Assembly (NCBI GenBank): GCA_913055875.1
Contig: CAJXJY010000007.1
Span: 120,959 to 184,958, forward strand
Reading direction: 5' to 3'
Source of the DNA: an uncultured Altererythrobacter sp.
GTDB taxonomy: Bacteria > Pseudomonadota > Alphaproteobacteria > Sphingomonadales > Sphingomonadaceae
Length of the DNA: 64,000 nucleotides
The notes beneath the pieces were generated by a model. The model was not told the DNA's origin. It made no database searches and saw only the letters and a list, made by a program, of their open reading frames with translations. Shown in pieces: positions 8,229 through 16,315 of the stretch. A program made the position numbers and the translations under genes. How positions within the stretch are numbered: the first letter of the stretch is position 1; each line of letters starts with the position of its first letter.

Positions 8229-8915
8229 ATGACCCATCTCCCCCGCATGACCGACACTCCCGCCCAGCCCCCGATGAAAGCCGGCATCGTCCCGGTCACG
8301 CCGCTGCAGCAGAACTGCTCGCTGATCTGGTGCACCAGGACCAACAAGGGCGCGCTGGTCGATCCCGGAGGCGATCTCGACAAGCTCAAGGCGGCGGTGG
8401 CGAAGACCGGGGTCGAGCTCGAGAAGATCCTCGTCACCCACGGCCATATCGACCATTGCGGCGAAGCGGGCGTGCTGGCGAAGGAACTGGGCCTGCCGAT
8501 CGAGGGGCCGCACGAGGCCGACCGCTTCTGGATCAGCCGGCTCGACGAGGACGGGCGCAAATACGGCGTCAACGGCCAGGTATTCGAGCCCGACCGCTGG
8601 CTCGATGACGGCGACACCGTCACCGTCGGCGAGCTGACGCTGGACGTGATCCACTGCCCCGGCCACACGCCCGGCCATGTCGTGTTCTTCCACCGCCCGA
8701 GCAAGTTCGCCATCGTCGGCGACGTGTTGTTCCAAGGCAGCATCGGGCGGACCGATTTCCCGATGGGCAACCATCAGGACCTGATCGACGCGATCACGCA
8801 GAAGCTGTGGCCGCTCGGCGACGACGTCACCTTCATCCCGGGCCACGGGCCGACCAGCACGTTCGGTCGGGAGCGGCAGACCAATCCGTTCGTGGGCGAT
8901 GCTGCGTTGAGTTGA
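8229..8915 (+). CDS. MBL-fold metallo-hydrolase (glyoxalase II-like)
   Basis: THGHIDHCG (HxHxDH) motif. The start could be the ATG at 8247 instead. Confidence 0.85.
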   Translation: MTHLPRMTDTPAQPPMKAGIVPVTPLQQNCSLIWCTRTNKGALVDPGGDLDKLKAAVAKTGVELEKILVTHGHIDHCGEAGVLAKELGLPIEGPHEADRFWISRLDEDGRKYGVNGQVFEPDRWLDDGDTVTVGELTLDVIHCPGHTPGHVVFFHRPSKFAIVGDVLFQGSIGRTDFPMGNHQDLIDAITQKLWPLGDDVTFIPGHGPTSTFGRERQTNPFVGDAALS

Positions 8916-8918
8916 TGC

Positions 8919-9191
8919 GTTTGTTTATCCGGCGGTGACGGGACCTGTCGCTGCTTGGCAAGCATCGATCCGCGGGATGCGGCACCGGCCCACTCCCCCG
9001 CCCGGCCCCGAGTCGTGGTCGCGTGCGGGCCAGACCTCCGTCTGGCCCTTGCTGTTCCATCCCCCGCCCCCACCCGGCCACCCCGACCATAGTAGCCTAT
9101 GGGTGGCCGGGTGGGGGCGTGGGATGGAACAGCCCCGGCGGTCAGATACTTGCCAAGCAGCGACAGGTCCCGTCACCGCCGGAAAACAAAC
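8919..9191. repeat. Nested long inverted repeat (MITE-like or structured RNA) between convergent genes
   Basis: Perfect 34-bp arms at 8929-8962 and 9149-9182, extended imperfectly to 8919 and 9191. Inner arms 9054-9083 and 9101-9130 (29/30). Extra hairpin at 9024-9046. Confidence 0.85.
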
Positions 9192-9194
9192 TTT

Positions 9195-9587
9195 CTACAT
9201 CACCCCGAGCACGATCAGCACCGCCACGACCGCCAGACCGAGCTGGGTCAGCAGCGTGACATAGACGCCGATCGTGCGGCCTTTCGCCAGCGCACCGCCA
9301 TCCATGCCGAACCCGTGCGCGACGCGCGCGAGCATGTAGATCGCGGCGACCCATGCCAGCCACGGCTGGCCCTTGCCGGCGATCTCGATCGCTGCGATCA
9401 GTACGAGCACGAACACCGTGTTCTCGACGAAATTGAGCTGCGCGCGCATGCGTGCGGTCAGCGGCCCTCCGGCATCGTCGCCGATCGAGATCTTATGCTG
9501 CAACCGCATCCGGCCGACCCGGATCGCGAGCCAGATATTGATGATCGCAGCCGCCGCGGCGGCGGTGAGCGTGACCGGTAGAATCAT
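9195..9587 (-). CDS. MAPEG family membrane protein
   Basis: 130 aa, hydrophobic helices, MILPVTLTAAAAAAIINIWLAIRVGRMR... typical of bacterial MAPEG. ATG at 9587 preferred over the longer ORF. Confidence 0.65.
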   Translation of the reverse strand: MILPVTLTAAAAAAIINIWLAIRVGRMRLQHKISIGDDAGGPLTARMRAQLNFVENTVFVLVLIAAIEIAGKGQPWLAWVAAIYMLARVAHGFGMDGGALAKGRTIGVYVTLLTQLGLAVVAVLIVLGVM

Positions 9588-9755
9588 GACGAACCTCTCC
9601 CTGCTGGCCGACCCTTCAGCGGGCCGGGTGTGCGCTGGGCAGGGGGAGCAGGTCAAGGCTCGGTTGCACTTCGCCACGATCCTCGCGCCGCCGGTCCGGC
9701 TTGCGCCGATCGGGGCGGGCGGGACGGAATATCGGTTCGCGCAGGATGATCTCGT

Positions 9756-10139
9756 TCATCGTGCATCTCCCGTATAGCTCACCACTTCGAACTCGATCCC
9801 GTCCCAGTCGAAGAAATAGAACCGCCGGCCGGGCTCGTAATCGTCGTGGCCGAAGGGTTCGAGGCCGGCCTCGGCAACGATCGCTTCGGCGCCGTCGAGA
9901 TCGTCGACCAGCAGGCCGACATGGTTGAGCGGCACGCCCTTGCGATAGCCGCCTTTCGCCGTGTCGTTGGTGTAGAGCGCGAGATAGGTCGTCTCGTCGC
10001 CGACATGGATGGTGTTGCCGCCCAGCTTCGACGGTCCGCGCCACCGCTCGCGCCAGCCGAGCAGTCGCTCGAACAGGCTGGCGCTGCGTTCCGGGTCGGT
10101 GACGGTGAGATTGGCGTGTTCGATCTGTCCTGTGGGCAT
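9756..10139 (-). CDS. VOC (glyoxalase/bleomycin-resistance/dioxygenase) family protein
   Basis: IEHANLTVTD...LNHVGLLVDD pattern. Divergent from soxR with a sox box between them. Confidence 0.75.
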   Translation of the reverse strand: MPTGQIEHANLTVTDPERSASLFERLLGWRERWRGPSKLGGNTIHVGDETTYLALYTNDTAKGGYRKGVPLNHVGLLVDDLDGAEAIVAEAGLEPFGHDDYEPGRRFYFFDWDGIEFEVVSYTGDAR

Positions 10140-10215
10140 TGCCTGGCACTCCTTCAAGGGGACGCCCGGCTCTTCCGGAAGCGCCCGCTGCGTTTGGGGT
10201 GCACGCGTTATGCAA

Positions 10216-10233
10216 CCTCAAGCTCACTTGAGG
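10216..10233. promoter_or_regulatory. SoxR binding site (sox box)
   Basis: CCTCAAGCTCACTTGAGG, an inverted repeat CCTCAAG-n4-CTTGAGG nearly identical to the classical CCTCAAGTTAACTTGAGG. Lies in the soxR/VOC divergent region. Confidence 0.8.
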
Positions 10234-10264
10234 TCAAGCTCCGAATTGACTATCAGTGTGATCG

Positions 10265-10702
10265 ATGAAAGCGAACGACCTGCTCTCGATCGGCGATCTC
10301 GCCCGGCGCACCGGGCTCAGCGTCTCGGCGATCCGCTTCTACGAGGAGAAGGGGCTGGTCGAGGCGCTGCGCACCGGCGGCAACCAGCGGCGCTTCCTGC
10401 GCAGCGATATCCGGCGGCTGAGCTTCATCATGATCGCGCAGCAGCTCGGCCTCGCTCTGTCGGAGATCGAGGCAGAGCTGAGGAAACTGCCGCTCGGTCG
10501 CACCCCCAACGCGGCCGACTGGAAGCGGATCAGCGGTGCGATCCGCCGGCGGATCGACGCCAGGATCGCGTCGCTCGAAAAGGTGCGCGAGGATCTCGAC
10601 GGCTGCATCGGCTGCGGCTGCCTGAGCCTGAAGAAATGCGCGCTGTTCAATCCCGGCGACGAATGGGGCGAAAGCGGTAGCGGGCCGCGGGTGTTGCGAT
10701 AG
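10265..10702 (+). CDS. soxR: Redox-sensitive MerR-family activator SoxR
   Basis: MerR HTH (LSIGDLARRTGLSVSAIRFYE) and the 2Fe-2S motif CIGCGCLSLKKCALFNP. Confidence 0.9.
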   Translation: MKANDLLSIGDLARRTGLSVSAIRFYEEKGLVEALRTGGNQRRFLRSDIRRLSFIMIAQQLGLALSEIEAELRKLPLGRTPNAADWKRISGAIRRRIDARIASLEKVREDLDGCIGCGCLSLKKCALFNPGDEWGESGSGPRVLR

Positions 10703-10708
10703 CTCAAA

Positions 10709-10729
10709 TCCTCCCCGTTCCGGGGAGGG
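10709..10729. terminator. Hairpin between convergent soxR and sixA
   Basis: TCCTCCCCG-ttc-CGGGGAGGA stem-loop. Weak T tract. Confidence 0.4.
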
Positions 10730-10736
10730 ACAAGTT

Positions 10737-11264
10737 CTACCCCTCCGGCCCCAGCTCCGGATCGAGGTCGCGCGGGCGGATGAAGTGGACCAGCCGTCCG
10801 CAATCCCCGGCCAGCTCGGACCAGTCGTCGATGTCGAGTTCGAACACCGCGAAGGTCGCGGTCGGGAACTTGCGGCTGGCCTCGTCGAAAGCCTCGTTCT
10901 CCGCATTGGGCGAGACCAGCGCGAACAGCACTTCCTGGAGCCCCGGATTGTGCCCTGCCACCAGCACCGCATCGGCGGACCCGGCATGGTCGCGCACCAC
11001 TTCTAGAATTGTCCCCGCCGAAGCGAGATAGAGCCGCTCGTCCCATTCGGGCTCGGTGTCGGGGCAGGCGGCGGCGAGCGTCGCCCTGACTCTCTCCGCA
11101 GGGCTGGCGAGGATCGCGTCCCAGTCGACCCCGTGTTCGAAGATGTGCTTGCCGATCAGCCGTGCGCCGCGACGCCCGCGGTCGTTGAGACCGCGGTCGA
11201 AATCGCGCGTGCCGACATCGTCCCAGTCGGATTTGGCGTGGCGGAGAAGGCCCAGTGTCTTCAC
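10737..11264 (-). CDS. sixA: Histidine phosphatase family protein (SixA-like)
   Basis: LLRHAKS RHG-type motif. GTG start overlaps the helicase stop (GTGA). Confidence 0.7.
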   Translation of the reverse strand: MKTLGLLRHAKSDWDDVGTRDFDRGLNDRGRRGARLIGKHIFEHGVDWDAILASPAERVRATLAAACPDTEPEWDERLYLASAGTILEVVRDHAGSADAVLVAGHNPGLQEVLFALVSPNAENEAFDEASRKFPTATFAVFELDIDDWSELAGDCGRLVHFIRPRDLDPELGPEG

Positions 11265-13882
11265 TTGATTCCTACGTCGTCTGTTTCGCGCACATCCGCA
11301 AGCCCTCCCGCGACACGCTCCAGAGCATCCTCGAGTGTCAGCCGCGTGACAGGCGTGCCCGGCGGGAAGGCGGTGAGCAGGCGCGAGGGGAAAGCGGCGG
11401 ACAGGACGATGAAGTGCCCGGCGTCCTCCTTGCTGCGGATCAGCCGCCCGAACGCCTGCGCCAGTCGCGCGCGGATGATGCGGTCGTCGTAGGCGCCGCC
11501 GCCGTTAGCCGCGCGGCGCGCGCGATGCAGGATATCGGGGCGCGGCCACGGGACCTGCTCCATCACCACGCAGCGCAGCGAGTGGCCGGGGACGTCGACA
11601 CCGTCGCGCAGCGCGTTGCTGCCGAGCAGGCTGGCGCGCGGATCGTCGCGGAAGATATCGGTCAGCGTGCCGGTGTCGATCGGGTCGACATGCTGCGCGT
11701 AGAGCGGCAGCCCGTTGCGCGCGAGCCGGTCGGCGATCCGCCCATGCACCGCGCGCAGCCGCCGGATCGCGGTGAACAGGCCGAGCACGCCGCCGTCCGC
11801 CGCCTCGATCAGCCGGGCGTAGGCGCCTGCGAGCGCGGGCAGGTCACCGCGCTTGATATCGGTGACGATCAGCACTTCGGCGCGATTTGCGTAGTCGAAC
11901 GGGCTGTCGGCCGAGGCGGTCAGCGGGTCGATCTCGATATGCGGTGCGCCGCTGCGCGCGATCGCATTGTCCCAGTCGACGCCAGTTTCGCCGCGGTCGG
12001 TCAGCGTCGCGCTGGTCAGCATCACCCCGTGCGAGGGTTCGAGCACGATCCTGGCGAACGGCTTCATCGGGTCGAGCCAGCGCCGGTGGATGCCGATATC
12101 GAATTCGCGCGCTTCGGACCGCTCGACCGAGAGCCAGTCGACGAATTCGGGATCGGCCGGCCCGCCGAGCCGCTCGAGCAGCGCCTCCCACGCCTGGATC
12201 AAATCGATCCGCCAGCCGAGCGCGTGGCGTGCGCCCTCGATCCGCGCGCGGCCCTGGCCGTCGAGCCAGTCGGGGGCGTCCTCGAGCACCGCCTCGAGCC
12301 GCCCGCCGAGCTTCACCAGCGGGTGGCGGATCGCAGCGAGCGCCGATTGCGCCTCGTCGGCGAGTTCGATGACGTTGCCGGGCAGTCCCGAGGCCTCGGT
12401 CTCGATTCCGTAGCCCGCTTCCTGCCCGCCGCTCTCGTCGCGCGCGTAAGTGACCGCGCGGACGGCGGCGAGCAGGTTTTCGACGGGACCATAGGCCTCG
12501 CCATCGTTCAACCGCTGGAGCCAGCCATCGGCTGGGAGGGCATGCGCCGCCTCGATCGCCGCCTCGACCGCTTCGCCGCCCGCCTCGTCGTAGCTCGCGA
12601 CGTCGGCGAGCCGCGCGGCGAGTCCGCGGCGGCGGCCCTTGGCCTTGCGCTCGGGCCCGATGATCCAGCGGCGCAGCTCGATGGCCTCGCCGCCGGTCAG
12701 TGCGGCGGCGAAGGTCGAATCGGCCGCGTCGAACACGTGGTGGCCCTCGTCGAACACGATCCGCGTGGGGCGCTGCGCGTGGTCGCGCCCCCTTGCCGCA
12801 TTGACCATCACCAGCGCGTGATTGGCGATGACGAGGTCGGCCTGAGCAGAGGCGCGTGCCGAGCGCTCGATGAAGCATTTGCGGTAGTGCGGGCAGCCGG
12901 CATAGACGCATTCGCCGCGCTGGTCGGTCAGCGCCGCGATCCCGCGCTTGCGGAACAGCGTCCCGAGCCAGCCGGGCAGGTCGCCGCCGACGAGGTCGCC
13001 GTCGCGGCTGTAGGCGGCCCAGCGCGCGACCAGCTGCGCGAGGATCGCCGCGCGCCCGCCGAACCCGCCCTGCAGAGCGTCCTCGAGATTGAGCAGGCAC
13101 AGGTAATTCTCGCGCCCCTTGCGCACCACCACCGGGCGGGTGCCGTCGGTGCGGGTTTCGGGCCAGGCGCGCTTCGCCTCGCCGCGCAATTGCCGCTGGA
13201 GGTTCTTGGTATAGGTGCTGACCCACACCGTCCCCTGCGCCGCATGCGCCCAAAGCGAGGCGGGGGCGAGATAGCCCAGCGTCTTGCCGATCCCGGTGCC
13301 CGCCTGTGCCAAGAGTACGTGCGGCCGCCCGCGCTCGCCGCGCGGGGCGAACACCTTGCCGACCGCGCGCGCGTAGAGCCGCTGCCCCTCGCGCCGTTCC
13401 GCGCCCGCGCCGGTGAGGTGTTCGAGCTGCGCCTCGATCTCCGGCTCGTCGATCCGCACCTGCGCGGGTTGCGGGCGATCGGGGGTTTCCTCCCATTCGG
13501 GCAGGCGCGCGAACAGCCATTTCTCCGCGCGCTCGGGCTTGCGCACATGCGGCAGCAGCACCTGCGCCCACGGCCAGCGCATCCGCGTCAGCGTCTGCAG
13601 CGCCGACCACGCGCCTTCGCGCTCGGCCCACTCCTCGCTCTCGCAATGCGCGAGGATCGCCCCCGCCGCCCGCTGCAACAGCGCGGGGACGCCGTCGTCG
13701 CTGGCGGGTTCCTCCAGCCCGAGCGCGTGCGCCAGTCCCTTGGGCGTGGGCACGCAGAAGCGCGCCGGATAGACGAAGGCGAACAGTTCGAGCAGGTCGA
13801 GCCCCGACAGGTCGGGATAGCCCAGCCGCGTCGCCACCAGCGGCGCGTTGAGCAGCAGCACCGGCGTGTCCGCCGCCGCCAT
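11261..13882 (-). CDS. ATP-dependent DNA helicase, DinG/Rad3 (XPD-like) family
   Basis: Walker A AGTGIGKT, Fe-S Cys cluster (CLLN...C..AGCPHYRKC), DEGH box (FDEGHH). ATG at 13882 chosen over the longer ORF. Confidence 0.85.
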   Translation of the reverse strand: MAAADTPVLLLNAPLVATRLGYPDLSGLDLLELFAFVYPARFCVPTPKGLAHALGLEEPASDDGVPALLQRAAGAILAHCESEEWAEREGAWSALQTLTRMRWPWAQVLLPHVRKPERAEKWLFARLPEWEETPDRPQPAQVRIDEPEIEAQLEHLTGAGAERREGQRLYARAVGKVFAPRGERGRPHVLLAQAGTGIGKTLGYLAPASLWAHAAQGTVWVSTYTKNLQRQLRGEAKRAWPETRTDGTRPVVVRKGRENYLCLLNLEDALQGGFGGRAAILAQLVARWAAYSRDGDLVGGDLPGWLGTLFRKRGIAALTDQRGECVYAGCPHYRKCFIERSARASAQADLVIANHALVMVNAARGRDHAQRPTRIVFDEGHHVFDAADSTFAAALTGGEAIELRRWIIGPERKAKGRRRGLAARLADVASYDEAGGEAVEAAIEAAHALPADGWLQRLNDGEAYGPVENLLAAVRAVTYARDESGGQEAGYGIETEASGLPGNVIELADEAQSALAAIRHPLVKLGGRLEAVLEDAPDWLDGQGRARIEGARHALGWRIDLIQAWEALLERLGGPADPEFVDWLSVERSEAREFDIGIHRRWLDPMKPFARIVLEPSHGVMLTSATLTDRGETGVDWDNAIARSGAPHIEIDPLTASADSPFDYANRAEVLIVTDIKRGDLPALAGAYARLIEAADGGVLGLFTAIRRLRAVHGRIADRLARNGLPLYAQHVDPIDTGTLTDIFRDDPRASLLGSNALRDGVDVPGHSLRCVVMEQVPWPRPDILHRARRAANGGGAYDDRIIRARLAQAFGRLIRSKEDAGHFIVLSAAFPSRLLTAFPPGTPVTRLTLEDALERVAGGLADVRETDDVGIK

Positions 13883-14186
13883 GATCGCCTCGCCCTTGGA
13901 ACAGCCGCGCGTGGCGCCGCTAGCCTGTCGCAGCCACGTCCCGGTATGGCTCGCGTGGAGAGCGGGGAGGGGGAGCGGTTCGGCCACGGCGCGAGGATGC
14001 GGCAGGCGGAACGGAAAGTAAACATTCGATGCCGAACCTGCCACAATCGCCTTTCCGTTGGGCGCAAGCGGCGTGCATTTTGTCGCGAAATTTACCATTC
14101 GAACGGTTGCGATTCAACGGTTTGGCGATTCCTGAACCGCGGATAAACCGGAACATGGCGAAAATGTGCCGCGTTGAGTGGGCACT

Positions 14187-15242
14187 ATGCGACACACGAT
14201 CCATACCCCTCGCAGCGCCACCATCGCGATTGCCGCGATGCTCGCGCTTGGCACCACCCCCGCGCTGGCTCAGGAGGCACCCGCGACCGGCACGACCGCC
14301 GATCCGGTGGTCGTCCTGCCCGGTCCGATGACCCCACCGGTCGCGCCGACGGTCACGACGGCTCCGACGACCATGACGGCCCCGCAGCCGCAATCGAACA
14401 CCGTCTCGCGCCCGGTCGTCCAGGACGTTCCGCCGTCGACCACGGTCATGACTACCCCGGTCGTGCCGGAAGTCGAGCCGGAGCCTGCTCCCGTGCGGCA
14501 GCCGCGCCAGGCGAGCAGCGCGACCAGCCCTGCTCCGGCTCCTGCGGTGAGCGCTCCGGAACCGACCGGCATTGCGACCGATGCGGCACCGGCCGATGAA
14601 GCGGCGCCCACAGCAGCCGAGACCGAACTCCCGGTCGCGCCCATTGCCGCGCCCGAGCCGCTTGCTGCCGAGACCGAGACCACGCCGGTCGATTGGGGCG
14701 AGATCCTCGCGCTCGCGCTGGCCGGGCTGATCCCGATCGGCTTCGCGATCGCCGCCGTCCTGTGGTGGCGCCGCCGCTCGGCGACTGCCCGCAACGCTCC
14801 GGCAGCCAAGACGGCCCCGGCACGTACGATCCGCAAGCCGGAGCCGGTCCAGGCGAAGCTTGCGCCCGCTCCGGCCCCCGTGCTCGATCGCGAGCCGCCG
14901 GTCCCCGTCGACACGCCTGCCCCTGCGCAGCCGGTCGCCATGCCGACCACCGCTCGCGTCACACCCAAGCCTCCGCTCACCACGGGCGGTGCGGTGATCC
15001 TGCCGCGCAAGCTGCCCGACAGCTTCGAGGAACGCGATGCGCTGCTGCGCCGGATGGTTGCGGCCAAGCCCGACCGGGCCAATCCGTTCCGTTCGACCAA
15101 GGCTCGCGTCAAGCGCGCCCGGCTGATCCTCCAGTCGCTCGGCCGCAAGTTCGAGAACGCCAAGCCGCGGATCGATCTGAGCCAGTATTCCTACATCTGG
15201 CCGCATCTGGCCGAGGACCGCAACACCTCCGTCGCGGCCTGA
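14187..15242 (+). CDS. Pro/Ala/Thr-rich protein with signal peptide and one TM segment
   Basis: MRHTIHTPRSATIAIAAMLALGTTPALAQ signal, low-complexity region, TM ILALALAGLIPIGFAIAAVLWW. Confidence 0.55.
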   Translation: MRHTIHTPRSATIAIAAMLALGTTPALAQEAPATGTTADPVVVLPGPMTPPVAPTVTTAPTTMTAPQPQSNTVSRPVVQDVPPSTTVMTTPVVPEVEPEPAPVRQPRQASSATSPAPAPAVSAPEPTGIATDAAPADEAAPTAAETELPVAPIAAPEPLAAETETTPVDWGEILALALAGLIPIGFAIAAVLWWRRRSATARNAPAAKTAPARTIRKPEPVQAKLAPAPAPVLDREPPVPVDTPAPAQPVAMPTTARVTPKPPLTTGGAVILPRKLPDSFEERDALLRRMVAAKPDRANPFRSTKARVKRARLILQSLGRKFENAKPRIDLSQYSYIWPHLAEDRNTSVAA

Positions 15243-15274
15243 CCCGGACCGATCCGACCCCGTGGTCGCAGGGT

Positions 15275-15299
15275 GGGGCGCTCCCTTCGGGGGCGCCCC
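15275..15299. terminator. GC hairpin after the Pro-rich gene
   Basis: GGGGCGC...GCGCCCC stem. Poor T tract. Confidence 0.35.
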
Positions 15300-15324
15300 A
15301 TTCGCATGCGCGGTCCGGAACCCG

Positions 15325-15343
15325 ATACCCCCCGGGGGTTTAT
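15325..15343. promoter_or_regulatory. CsoR-type operator upstream of the DUF305 gene
   Basis: ATACCCCCCGGGGGTTTAT, a G/C-tract pseudo-palindrome of the TACCC...GGGTA type, 20 nt before the ATG at 15364. Confidence 0.6.
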
Positions 15344-15363
15344 TGTCATGAAAGGGGACCAGC

Positions 15364-15984
15364 ATGACTTCGCAGACCACCGACGCACAACATGGCGGAC
15401 AGCACGGCAAATGGCCGACCTTCTTCGCGATGATCGCGACCTCGATCGTGACCATGTTCGTGCTCAAATACTCGAATGTATGGGAGGCCGATCACGTCTT
15501 CTTCAGCCAGACGCGGATGTGGATGGCGCTGATGATGGGCATGGCGATGATCGTCATCATGCTCGGCTTCATGTGGGGGATGTACCGTACGCTGCTCACG
15601 AAAGTGCTGGTGATGGCGGGCGCGGTGCTCGGCTTCGGGCTGTTCCTGTTCCTCGCGCGCAGCCAGGCCACGGTCGGGGACGAGGCGTGGATGAAGGCGA
15701 TGATCCCGCACCATTCGATCGCGGTGCTGACCAGCGAGCGCGCCGAGATCAGCGACCCGCGCGTGCGCAAACTCGCCGATGCGATCATCGAGGCGCAGGT
15801 GAAGGAAATCGCCGAGATGAAGCTGCTGCTCGAAGATATCGAGCAGAACGGCGAGATGGGCGACGGAACGCCGCTGCCCGCGCGCACCGCCGATCTCACC
15901 CCCGAACTGCTTGAACAGGCCGAGAAGGCGGTCGAGCGACCGGTCACGCCCGAACTGCGCGAGGAAGTGGAAGCCGGCGAGTAA
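15364..15984 (+). CDS. DUF305 domain protein with N-terminal membrane segments
   Basis: MIPHHSIAV...AIIEAQVKEIAEMK matches the DUF305 signature. Copper-island context. Confidence 0.75.
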   Translation: MTSQTTDAQHGGQHGKWPTFFAMIATSIVTMFVLKYSNVWEADHVFFSQTRMWMALMMGMAMIVIMLGFMWGMYRTLLTKVLVMAGAVLGFGLFLFLARSQATVGDEAWMKAMIPHHSIAVLTSERAEISDPRVRKLADAIIEAQVKEIAEMKLLLEDIEQNGEMGDGTPLPARTADLTPELLEQAEKAVERPVTPELREEVEAGE

Positions 15985-15993
15985 AGCGCGCGC

Positions 15994-16269
15994 TCAGTGC
16001 CGGTTGGTCTCGAACAGGTCGACCAGTTCCTCGAACTTCGCCTTCTGCTCGCCCACATCGCCGCTCGCGATCGCTTCGGCGACGCAGCAGGCGGCGTGGT
16101 CCTTGAGCACCTGGCTCTCGACCTTGCCGAGCGCCGCGCGGACCGCCTGGATCTGCCGCAGCACGTCGATGCAATAGCGATCCTGCTCGATCATCCGCGC
16201 GATCCCGCGCACCTGGCCCTCGATCCGCGCCAGCCGGTTGAGCTTCTGCGCCGTCTCTTTTCCGCTCAT
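15994..16269 (-). CDS. csoR: CsoR/RcnR-family metal-sensing repressor
   Basis: 91 aa, NRLARIEGQVRGI...RYCIDVL...DHAACC gives the C-H-C fingerprint. Confidence 0.85.
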   Translation of the reverse strand: MSGKETAQKLNRLARIEGQVRGIARMIEQDRYCIDVLRQIQAVRAALGKVESQVLKDHAACCVAEAIASGDVGEQKAKFEELVDLFETNRH

Positions 16270-16286
16270 GCCGTGCCCTCTTGCAG

Positions 16287-16303
16287 ATACCCGTAGGGGG
16301 TAT
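16287..16303. promoter_or_regulatory. CsoR-type operator between csoR and copA
   Basis: ATACCCGTAGGGGGTAT, close to known CsoR operators. Confidence 0.7.
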
Positions 16304-16315
16304 ATACGCCGCGCC

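Noticed and set aside
8925-9264. Two ORFs on opposite strands that both begin MTGPVAAWQ
   Set aside because: The identical N-termini are a mirror artefact of the 34-bp perfect inverted repeat. The sequence is Pro/Gly-rich with no coding signature.
11268-11277. ATTCCTACGT identical to the operator-like 10-mer at 7097-7106
   Set aside because: It lies inside the helicase 3' coding end, directly before the sixA GTG, where its AGGA reads as a ribosome-binding site. There is a single half site with no partner, so the match is treated as coincidence.
11255-14146. 963-aa ORF on the plus strand
   Set aside because: Exactly antisense to the DinG-like helicase, which has clear Walker A, Fe-S and DEGH motifs. 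The translation is Arg/Ala/Gly-rich junk typical of shadow ORFs in GC-rich DNA.
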